A DNA stretch of 64,000 nt from Bacteriovoracaceae bacterium (GTDB lineage Bacteria > Bdellovibrionota > Bacteriovoracia > Bacteriovoracales > Bacteriovoracaceae), in contig JBLWTJ010000001.1 in assembly GCA_048270185.1 (NCBI GenBank), positions 480,001-544,000 of the forward strand, written 5' to 3'. The position numbers and the translations under genes are program-made. Under the pieces are notes generated by a model. That model was not told where the DNA came from. It saw nothing but the letters and a program-made list of their open reading frames with translations, and did not search any database. This document shows, in pieces, positions 29,193 through 37,170 of this stretch (positions are counted from its first letter, which is position 1; each line of letters opens with the position of its first letter).

Positions 29193-30212
29193 AACTGGCC
29201 CATTGGATTGGTGTTACTTAAATTTTAAAAATTTTATTTAATCAAATAGAAACTCCTGAAATATCAAAGGGTTAACATTTCTCACCTTGCTTTTTTATTG
29301 CTCTATAAGGAGTATGAAAATAATCTGCCCAGAAAAAACATGTAAATCGCCAAGTCTAATCATTAAAGATGGAAGTTTTTATCGACGCGATGATTCTAAG
29401 AAAATCCAACGTTATCGCTGCAAAAACTGTGGTAAAAGATTTTCTCGAGCAACTCTTAGTGATCAATATCGTCATCGAAGAAGGCGTGACCTATTGATGA
29501 TTGAACATCTCCTTTGCTCCAAAACATCAATGCGGCGTATCGCTAAAGTTTTAAGGATTGATCGAAAAACTGTTGCGAAGCGAATGGAGATTCTAGAAAA
29601 GAGAGCGTTAAGAAAACATCAAAATCTCATGATGCATCTTAAAGAAAAGAAAGTCATTCACTTACAATTTGATGATATGATTACTCATGAACATACAAAA
29701 ATGAAACCTCTATCGATTTCTTTAGCTGTCGATAAGGATCGCCGATTAATCCTCGGAGCAAAGGTTTCACAAATACCCGCATTTGGGCATCTTGCAAAAA
29801 AATCCAAGAAAAAATACGGATATCGACAGAGTTTTTTAGAAGTCGGTTTAACACAATTATTCGAAAGTATTTATGAAGTCATTGATGAAAATGCGATCGT
29901 CCAGTCAGATATGCACAAGCTCTATCCAAAATATGTTTTGAAGTATCTTCCTTCATGTGACTACAAAAGATATGAAGGAGGACGCTCGTGCGTTGCTGGA
30001 CAAGGAGAATTAAAGAAGAAAGGTTTTGACCCCCTCTTTATTCTTAATCATACATGTGCAATGTTGAGGGATTCTATAAATCGACTAGTCCGTAAGACAT
30101 GGTGCTCGACGAAGTGTCCTCAAAAGCTTCAACAGCATCTAAACATCTTCATAACATACTATAATTATCGATACTTACAATATGAACTGAACACCAATTG
30201 AGAGGACCAGTT
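29193..30212 (+). mobile_element. IS1-like insertion sequence with imperfect 23-bp terminal inverted repeats
   Basis: Left AACTGGCCCATTGGATTGGTGTT (29193-29215) versus reverse complement of right end AACTGGTCCTCTCAATTGGTGTT (30190-30212), 18/23; no clear target-site duplication. Confidence 0.75.
29314..30201 (+). CDS. IS1-family-like transposase (single ORF)
   Basis: AGGAG RBS before ATG 29314; zinc ribbon CP..C...RYRCKNC, HTH SMRRIAKVL, QFDDM, QSD, RLVRKTWC. Confidence 0.85.
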   Translation: MKIICPEKTCKSPSLIIKDGSFYRRDDSKKIQRYRCKNCGKRFSRATLSDQYRHRRRRDLLMIEHLLCSKTSMRRIAKVLRIDRKTVAKRMEILEKRALRKHQNLMMHLKEKKVIHLQFDDMITHEHTKMKPLSISLAVDKDRRLILGAKVSQIPAFGHLAKKSKKKYGYRQSFLEVGLTQLFESIYEVIDENAIVQSDMHKLYPKYVLKYLPSCDYKRYEGGRSCVAGQGELKKKGFDPLFILNHTCAMLRDSINRLVRKTWCSTKCPQKLQQHLNIFITYYNYRYLQYELNTN

Positions 30213-30368
30213 ATTATCAATTAGACAGTGAATATCGATTCTAAAAATATTGTCAGGTTCTCACTTGAGTGCCTGATATTTCTTGCCTAAAAACACTACT
30301 AAATATTTAATATTACGTAGGTATTAATAATATTATTAGATATTTAAGCACCGTGTTATTATTTTTGA

Positions 30369-31754
30369 ATGAAATTACTTTATACGTCACTTATCTTAAT
30401 TTTACTTAACACAAATATTTTCGCTGATATCACTTGTGAATCAGGAATTGAATCCACTTCAAAAGATCTGGACCTACTCTCAAGTAATGTTAAAGACATC
30501 GACTGTAATGTCATCAATAAGATGAATAATTGTAGCGAAGTTCATAAAATCGATAGTAATTACCTAAACCAACTCACAAGTACATTTGATCTTATTAATA
30601 ATACAATGAGCGAAAAAGGTGAAGGCTATGCCCACCTAAAATTCTATAAAACAGGTTCTTCACATCGCAGAGATTTAGCGAAAGTTTTTGATGTTAATTA
30701 CAAAGATCCGTACCGTTTTGAAAGTGTCCTAAGACTAGAAAATGGAAATCAGCAAGTAGATCTTAACTATGATAATTATAAAAAGCTTGCGACACAAAGA
30801 GAACAGGCAGTAGTCAGTCCACTACATACATTTATGAATGTATCTAAATCAGCTGACCAGTACGAAAAAATCAAAAATGCCGTTGCAAGAAATATGGCAA
30901 CCTTTAACGAAAAGTATAACTGCAATAAAAGAGTAAATATCATCAATCTACCAAGGAACTTGGGTGTTCCAAAAGACCTACTAACAAGTCGTGATGGTTC
31001 AACATGTTTTGAGAGTGAACAAGCAGCAAGAAAAGCATTTCAATCTAAGAAAGCTGAAATCGACAAATATATGAAAGAGAACTATTCTCAAGATGAGATG
31101 CTAAATCAAAACTTATCTTGTTCAGATAGAGTGAACTTTAGAAATTGGAATGTACAAGTAAAACAAACAAAGTCTTGTGCCGGTAAATTCTCATCGTACT
31201 TTCCAGATAATCAGTGGGAAATCAATAATGTCATGCTTTCAGAGGATCCGGCCTATAAAGAATTTCAAAATTGTATTGAGGATATGAAGGCCAAGGGACT
31301 AAAACTTAGCAAAGTTAATATTAGCTCTTCTTCGTCACAATTAAATAATACGGGAGCGGCCAAGGATGAGTTCTGTGGAAAAGGTTTCGAGAGACTATCA
31401 AAGGCCCGTGCAGCTTCTGCTAAAGGAATCTTACAAGACCGATTTGGCTTTGAAGATAAAGACTTTAGTATTTCTTATAAAGGTCAAAATGGTAATGGGT
31501 CCTCAGGAGAATGCCCTTATGAGATGAAAAACGGTGTCGAAAGGCTTAAGCCAGAGTTCGCACCAGGAGGCAGTAAGAGAAAAGATCTTGATGACTCTAA
31601 GTATGTTAAAGTATCTGTTACATTTGAGCCAAAAATTGAAAGAGGCCCAAAGACTAAGACGTGCTTCCAACCAACATATTACTGTAGTCGAATTGGGTAT
31701 AAGTGTGAAGACTGGAGCACTTACCAACCAAATTGGCCTAGGCCACAAAAATAG
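30369..31754 (+). CDS. Cys-rich secreted hypothetical protein with possible degenerate OmpA-like domain
   Basis: Signal peptide IFA-D; many Cys; RLSKARAASAK. Confidence 0.65.
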   Translation: MKLLYTSLILILLNTNIFADITCESGIESTSKDLDLLSSNVKDIDCNVINKMNNCSEVHKIDSNYLNQLTSTFDLINNTMSEKGEGYAHLKFYKTGSSHRRDLAKVFDVNYKDPYRFESVLRLENGNQQVDLNYDNYKKLATQREQAVVSPLHTFMNVSKSADQYEKIKNAVARNMATFNEKYNCNKRVNIINLPRNLGVPKDLLTSRDGSTCFESEQAARKAFQSKKAEIDKYMKENYSQDEMLNQNLSCSDRVNFRNWNVQVKQTKSCAGKFSSYFPDNQWEINNVMLSEDPAYKEFQNCIEDMKAKGLKLSKVNISSSSSQLNNTGAAKDEFCGKGFERLSKARAASAKGILQDRFGFEDKDFSISYKGQNGNGSSGECPYEMKNGVERLKPEFAPGGSKRKDLDDSKYVKVSVTFEPKIERGPKTKTCFQPTYYCSRIGYKCEDWSTYQPNWPRPQK

Positions 31755-31761
31755 AAGCTAA

Positions 31762-32211
31762 TTACTTCTTATCTCTTACAATGAGTAGATTACAATTTGC
31801 ATGACCAATCATGTATTCAGCAAATGAGCTTGAGAATAAGCTTTCAAAGCCATGTTTTCCACGAGTTTCAATAACCATCTGATCAATCTTATTCTGATCA
31901 GCATAATCCCTTAAGGCCACTCGAGCTGAATTTGAAAAGACACAATTATGAATGATCTTCCCCTGGTAGTCATAAGATATGACTTGGGCCGAAAGAGAAT
32001 TTAATATTTCATCAACAGATTTCTCAATATCTGAAAACTGACTCTCCAATGGATAAGATGCATAGAAGAAAGTATCAGCATAGACGTGAGTCTCAAAGCC
32101 ATGAACAAAGTGAACCTCGCTCCAATCATCCCAATTAAAGTTGGCCAATTGCTTCTTATAGGAATCAATTGATTCATTAGTTATATCGACACAAATCATT
32201 AACTTACTCAT
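31762..32211 (-). CDS. Universal stress protein
   Basis: KLMICVD...FVH...TRGKHG...SSFAEYMI..ANCNLLIVR. Confidence 0.88.
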   Translation of the reverse strand: MSKLMICVDITNESIDSYKKQLANFNWDDWSEVHFVHGFETHVYADTFFYASYPLESQFSDIEKSVDEILNSLSAQVISYDYQGKIIHNCVFSNSARVALRDYADQNKIDQMVIETRGKHGFESLFSSSFAEYMIGHANCNLLIVRDKK

Positions 32212-32412
32212 ACAAACTCCTTTAGTAAGCCTATTGTCTGCCTACAATTAGCTACAGTATATGACCTAAATCATATCAACAAAGACAAATGCATCACATA
32301 GCAAAAGGGTAAATTTTAAAAAATTAACTATCTAAAAATATCGCTAACTTGTCCTTTACAACAAGAATTGAAAAGTTCAGAATTTAGGTATTAAACTTGT
32401 AAGAGGATTTAC

Positions 32413-32739
32413 ATGTCAGCAAACTTCATGATGAAGCACATATTTCTAATAGCTCTATTATCATTTAAGGCCAACTTATACGCCTGTGAAGTTGGACCAA
32501 ATATCCAAGTCACAATCTATGATGAAATTCAGTTTTCTCCAAAAGACTGTGACTATATCGGCCAACGAATCAGTAAGTATCAAGATATATTTAAATATTC
32601 AAAAAAGACCCAACAGCAGAATCAAGAAAAGTATTACTTAAGTGACCAAATCATCACAATCCAGATCCAGCAACTCAGGATTCATAATCAGGTGTATGGA
32701 CAACTTATGATTGGAAAATTCGCTAAAAATACTAAGTAA
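32413..32739 (+). CDS. Small secreted hypothetical protein
   Basis: GAGG RBS, signal peptide LYA-C. Confidence 0.55.
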   Translation: MSANFMMKHIFLIALLSFKANLYACEVGPNIQVTIYDEIQFSPKDCDYIGQRISKYQDIFKYSKKTQQQNQEKYYLSDQIITIQIQQLRIHNQVYGQLMIGKFAKNTK

Positions 32740-32820
32740 ATATTATCAATAGTATTTACTTAAAAAAGAAATTTACCTATTTAGAGTTATACATTCGACT
32801 TAGGGAAACGGGGGCACAAT

Positions 32821-33300
32821 ATGAAATTTCTTATTTCAATCATAACACTTTTATCAATCACTTCAGCTTCAGCTCAAACTGACTTTCTAACGAAGTCTGA
32901 AGCAGATAAAATCAATGGTTATATGGATGATATCTGTATGGATACATATTGTGGTGGAGATATAAATTTCTACACACAAGGTATGAGTTGTTCTGGTGAT
33001 ACTTGTACGATTAAATACCTTGCAAAGACTTGGTCTGGATCAAGTGATTCATTTGATGCTGATCTTTTAAAGGCCCTTGAAGGTAAGACAAAGAAATTCT
33101 ACTCATTAAACTCAGAGCTTAAGTTTGAAAACTTTGGTCCAGATGAAGATGACACAGCTTCAGTAAATATCTCCTGTACAATGAAAAAGCTTAACGCCAA
33201 AGATCTAGCAGAGTATGACAATGACAAGCAAGAATATATGTATATGACGATCCTCGAGTCATGTATTGATCCGATTGAATCTCTAATTCTCGATTACTAA
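32821..33300 (+). CDS. Secreted Cys-containing hypothetical protein
   Basis: Signal peptide ASA-Q, ICMDTYCGGD motif, terminator follows. Confidence 0.75.
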   Translation: MKFLISIITLLSITSASAQTDFLTKSEADKINGYMDDICMDTYCGGDINFYTQGMSCSGDTCTIKYLAKTWSGSSDSFDADLLKALEGKTKKFYSLNSELKFENFGPDEDDTASVNISCTMKKLNAKDLAEYDNDKQEYMYMTILESCIDPIESLILDY

Positions 33301-33322
33301 TAAAAATCAATATCCATATAAG

Positions 33323-33349
33323 AAGGCCGGCGTTATGCTGGCCTTTTTT
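33323..33349 (+). terminator. Intrinsic terminator
   Basis: AAGGCCGGC-gttat-GCTGGCCTT followed by T tract. Confidence 0.85.
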
Positions 33350-33463
33350 ATTTGCAGCTATATAACTTATTTAGAGTTGTGTAAGACAATATTTGATTAA
33401 CTCCTTAAACAGAGCTTTGCTTTCGTATTCTTTGCGAGGTAGATATATCTCATCGGAGGAAGT

Positions 33464-33535
33464 ATGAAGGTTGTTGCTCTTGTTAATCTTATAATTCTAA
33501 CTGCGTTTCTATCGTTGATTTATCTTGGGGTGTGA
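33464..33535 (+). CDS. Putative 23-aa hydrophobic membrane peptide
   Basis: GGAGGA just upstream of ATG; MKVVALVNLIILTAFLSLIYLGV*. Confidence 0.4.
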   Translation: MKVVALVNLIILTAFLSLIYLGV

Positions 33536-33564
33536 GTACACAGTTAAAACCTCTGGAGTGCATG

Positions 33565-33609
33565 TATTTTAATAAGTTAAGTATTCAATTAAGCACATGT
33601 AAGCACGAC
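33565..33609. repeat. 45-bp direct repeat copy 1 (integrative-element-end-like)
   Basis: 38/45 identical to 35232-35276. Confidence 0.8.
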
Positions 33610-33645
33610 GTAATTAAATTTACATTTCGATGCAAAATTAGCGTG

Positions 33646-33888
33646 TTAATCATTACTTATTTTTGATAGTATTTTTCTTCTAGCTCTTTTTAAAATCTTG
33701 TTATAATCACTTTTGAATGGTTCAACTAACTTTTCTTCAAAACTAGCTTCTAAACTCCAAATCACTCTTTTTTCAGATTCATCTAAAAATGTGTTTTCAA
33801 GTGCATCATCATTATTCACCCGTGCTAAGTACTCAAATAAAACCAATGCTTCTTCTTTACTAAATTCAATTATTACTTTGTCTTTCAT
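33646..33888 (-). CDS. Small acidic protein, possibly an immunity-protein-like family
   Basis: EEALVLFEYLAR...LVEPFKSDY; 4-nt overlap with the Fic stop codon. Confidence 0.6.
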   Translation of the reverse strand: MKDKVIIEFSKEEALVLFEYLARVNNDDALENTFLDESEKRVIWSLEASFEEKLVEPFKSDYNKILKRARRKILSKISND

Positions 33889-35003
33889 TCTATAATCTCA
33901 CGATTTAGACGATAGCTTGTCGAGCGACCTGCTCCATCATTTTTCAAAATCAAACCTTTTACCAATAAATCTTTTAAGTCTCTCTTTGCACTTTCTGGAC
34001 TCGTCTTTGCCATAGCGACATATTTCTTATTAGTAAGACCTCCTTGAAAATCATTAGGAAGGTTTTCAAGTAATTTCCTCATCACCTTAAGCTGTCTCTC
34101 ATTTAAGCTCATTTCATTAATCACATCAAAGAACTTTGAAATTGAAAGTGATTTATTAATATTAGAAAGTGAAGCATTTATACTTTTGGTAATCGTCTCA
34201 AGAAACCACACTATCCACAGGGTTATATCTCCTGCGCTTTTTTGTGTTTCTTCTAAAATTTCATAATACTTTTTACGATCTGCTCTTATCTGAGAAGACA
34301 AACTGTAATAACGATTTTGCGATTGTTCGTCCTGGGCGACGGCCATATCAGTTATGCATCTAGAAATACGGCCATTACCATCTTCAAAAGGGTGAATCGT
34401 AACAAACCAGAAGTGAGCAATCGCTGCTCTTATATAACCATCGAGAGAGAGACTCTCGTCACTGCTAAACCAGTTTAAGAACTGTTGGACTTCCTGGTTT
34501 ACTTGGCCAGAAGGAGGAGCCTCATAGTGAATAATTTCACTTCCCATGCGACCTGAAATGACACGCATAGGATTAAGATTGGCTCTAAATTTTCCTACCT
34601 CTTCACTTGAGATAAATGTTTGTGAGTTTAAAAACAAAAGTTTATGCCATTCAAAAAGTCTATTTTTTGTCAGTGGTGATCTGAAATTAGTTGTTGCTTC
34701 CATAAGCATTTCAACAATACCTTCTGTATGTCTAGAAGGAGCCGGAAGGCCTGCACGTGTGAGTCCAAGTCTTTTGGCCACACTTGATCTAACATCATTA
34801 GGGTCTAAAACTTCTCCTTCAATAGAAGATGTTTCAATAACTTCTGAAGCTAGGATTTCCCCTAGATTATTTAAGTTAATTGAACCTACAACAGAAAGAA
34901 GTTGTTGTTGGGTCTGTCTTGCATTTTGAAGATATGGAGTAATCGTAGTCGCATCCCAATTGAAGTTAGGCCAACTCGAATGCTGCCAAATGTAATTTTC
35001 CAT
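33885..35003 (-). CDS. Fic family protein with N-terminal DUF4172 and C-terminal HTH
   Basis: MENYIWQHSSWPNFNWD, SSIEGE, canonical HPFEDGNGRISR; GAGG RBS before ATG 35003 (the ORF-track start at 35087 is too long). Confidence 0.93.
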   Translation of the reverse strand: MENYIWQHSSWPNFNWDATTITPYLQNARQTQQQLLSVVGSINLNNLGEILASEVIETSSIEGEVLDPNDVRSSVAKRLGLTRAGLPAPSRHTEGIVEMLMEATTNFRSPLTKNRLFEWHKLLFLNSQTFISSEEVGKFRANLNPMRVISGRMGSEIIHYEAPPSGQVNQEVQQFLNWFSSDESLSLDGYIRAAIAHFWFVTIHPFEDGNGRISRCITDMAVAQDEQSQNRYYSLSSQIRADRKKYYEILEETQKSAGDITLWIVWFLETITKSINASLSNINKSLSISKFFDVINEMSLNERQLKVMRKLLENLPNDFQGGLTNKKYVAMAKTSPESAKRDLKDLLVKGLILKNDGAGRSTSYRLNREIIE

Positions 35004-35015
35004 AGTTACCTCATT

Positions 35016-35082
35016 TATGACCTGATTAAAACACCTTATTCGGGTCAGATATGACCTGATTATAGCTTTTATTCGGGTCAGA
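35016..35082. promoter_or_regulatory. Tandem pair of 33-34-bp units, each an imperfect inverted repeat; probable operator upstream of fic
   Basis: TATGACCTGATTA-N-TTATTCGGGTCAGA twice. Confidence 0.65.
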
Positions 35083-35162
35083 CGCAAGATGCCTGGAATA
35101 TCCGGATTTACCCGACTCCCAAACCGGGAGAATACATGTTTAAATCGAGCTTATCTTCAGGT

Positions 35163-35202
35163 AAAAAAAGAAAACCTAGAACAAGCCTGGGTTTTTCTTT
35201 TT
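35163..35202. terminator. Bidirectional terminator-like hairpin
   Basis: AAAAAAAGAAAACCTAG...CTGGGTTTTTCTTTTT. Confidence 0.6.
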
Positions 35203-35231
35203 GAATTTGGAGGATTCGATAGATTCTCCGA

Positions 35232-35276
35232 TATTTCAATAAGTTAGATATTCAATTAAGCACAAATTAGCACGGC
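35232..35276. repeat. 45-bp direct repeat copy 2
   Basis: 38/45 identical to 33565-33609. Confidence 0.8.
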
Positions 35277-35374
35277 TATTACGATTTAAATTTAAGATGT
35301 TTCGATCGAATCAGTTGGGCAAGTACTCGATCGCTATAGTTTGAGTACTAGAGTCGAGAATTAAAAATGAGCTA

Positions 35375-36262
35375 TTACTTATATTCCTCTGCCTTTATAA
35401 GCTCACCGGCCTTCTTAATACCGAATTTCAGTGCCTCCAACTGACAATTATAACTGACTAATGACCGACTAGAATTAACACAGCTTAAATTGTACTCTGT
35501 AGAAAGAGAGTTATCTAAAATCGTGGATGAATAGTAAGCATGCTCATAGCTTTTCATTTTTGTCGAATCAGTATTTATCTTAGAGCTACAATTGAAATCT
35601 AGCTCATCAAACGTAGACGTCCATACTTCATTATCGTAGTCGTCTTTTGCTCTGTTGTTATTATTAACAATGTTTAACTGACCTATATAGTTGTACAACG
35701 CATTTTTAAAAAGAATGTCATCATTAAATGTAGAAGATATTCTCTCTTTCATGTTACTAAGAATTTCTTTGTTTAAAGTATTATTAAACCTTTCTTCACA
35801 TAGAACATCATATTTAATAATACTAACAAACTTTTGTTCTGACATTGTTTTATGAACTAGCTTTTTAGATAACTTCTTCATACGGCGAATATTTTCACAT
35901 GAAACTTCAGCTTTAGTCTTTAAATCATTAATCATATGAAATATTAATTTTTCACTATTATTGAGAATGATAGTTTTAAAATCATCTATTGAGTTAATAA
36001 ACGAGTTTAAAGGCCTGCAAGAGTAATCCTTTTTTTCTGTTCTTCCATCTATATCAACAAACTCAAATTCAGAAGAATACTCTAAAATACCATTTCTATT
36101 CTTTGTGAACTTAAGCTCAAACTCCTTTTTTATACTACCTATTAACAATTGCTTTGTATTTAAAGATTTCTTGTCAATGCTTGCTCTATCAACGGCATAT
36201 ACTGTTAGATTAAAAGTAATACAGATCAAAATAAGAATATTCATAAAGTCCTCAATAAACAC
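35375..36262 (-). CDS. Secreted hypothetical protein (AT-rich)
   Basis: Signal peptide VYA-V, six Cys in the mature part; likely start MNILIL. Confidence 0.6.
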   Translation of the reverse strand: MFIEDFMNILILICITFNLTVYAVDRASIDKKSLNTKQLLIGSIKKEFELKFTKNRNGILEYSSEFEFVDIDGRTEKKDYSCRPLNSFINSIDDFKTIILNNSEKLIFHMINDLKTKAEVSCENIRRMKKLSKKLVHKTMSEQKFVSIIKYDVLCEERFNNTLNKEILSNMKERISSTFNDDILFKNALYNYIGQLNIVNNNNRAKDDYDNEVWTSTFDELDFNCSSKINTDSTKMKSYEHAYYSSTILDNSLSTEYNLSCVNSSRSLVSYNCQLEALKFGIKKAGELIKAEEYK

Positions 36263-36330
36263 AAGTTATTACATTAAATACATTGTTTTTATTGTATATA
36301 GAAGACAATTGTAAATATGTTAATAAAAAC

Positions 36331-36361
36331 AAAAACGCCAAGGACATAAGCCTTGGCGTTT
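36331..36361 (-). terminator. Terminator of tRNA-Cys
   Basis: AAACGCCAAGG-N7-CCTTGGCGTTT with A tract on the left. Confidence 0.85.
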
Positions 36362-36365
36362 CTAG

Positions 36366-36442
36366 TGGAGGACGAGACCGGATTTGAACCGGTGAAAAAC
36401 AGTTTTGCAAACTGCCCTATTAGACCACTCTAGCACCCGTCC
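36366..36442 (-). tRNA. tRNA-Cys (GCA)
   Basis: GGACGGG acceptor stem, anticodon arm GCAGT-TTGCAAA-ACTGT, T-arm ACCGG-TTCAAAT-CCGGT, U73, encoded CCA. Confidence 0.95.
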
Positions 36443-36579
36443 GCATGAATGATTTTAGAATTCCTATAATATGGATTTTTACTGATAAGTCAACGGAAAT
36501 ACTTAGGATAAATAGCTGAAAATGTAGGCCCACTTCATAAGAAATGGACCTAGCACCAAGTATTGGATGTCAATGAGAC

Positions 36580-36885
36580 TTAAGCTTCACGAATAACGTA
36601 TTTGTCCTTACCTTCGTCAACCATCTCTCTTAGTTCTTTACCAACTTTGAAAAATGGAACTTTCTTAGGTGGAACCTTAACGACTTTACCAGTCTTAGGG
36701 TTACGTCCTTCATAAGCCTTATAATTACGATTCGCAAATGAACCGAAGCCTCTGATTTCGATTCTTTCATCATTAAATAAAGCGTTGATCATGTCATCAA
36801 AACAAATATTTACAACAGTCTCTGCCTGCTTGTGTGTAACATTCGCTTGCTTCTCGATTGCTGCAATTAAATCTGCTTTAGTCAT
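36580..36885 (-). CDS. ihfB: Integration host factor beta / HU family DNA-binding protein
   Basis: MTKADL, RIEIRGFGSF, GRNPKTG, PFFKVGKELRE. Confidence 0.88.
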   Translation of the reverse strand: MTKADLIAAIEKQANVTHKQAETVVNICFDDMINALFNDERIEIRGFGSFANRNYKAYEGRNPKTGKVVKVPPKKVPFFKVGKELREMVDEGKDKYVIREA

Positions 36886-37170
36886 ATCTATCTCCTCTCC
36901 AATCTATGAGAATTGTATTCGAGTAAAACTCAATCCTATGATTTTTAGTTACCCACTTATCGTCCAAGTCTCTAAAAACATTAGATATATTTATAATGCC
37001 ACAAAAAATTTACTATATTTCTGAACAGTCACTATCTGCCCCATTATATAAGGTACTGAAATCACGTTAATGCGTCAATAATTTCAAGGGAATGTAAGGA
37101 ATTAACCTAAAATTAAAGAAGTCTTAAGAATATGGCGATTAAGTAAGTAGTATTTTAAGGAATTTGGCCA

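Noticed and set aside
33565..33609. dif/Xer site
   Set aside because: ATAAGTTA only loosely resembles an XerD arm; no 11-6-11 arrangement with an XerC arm
35016..35082. Mini CRISPR array or N-terminal extension of Fic
   Set aside because: Only two abutting units without spacers; Fic has a good RBS and a family-typical start at 35003
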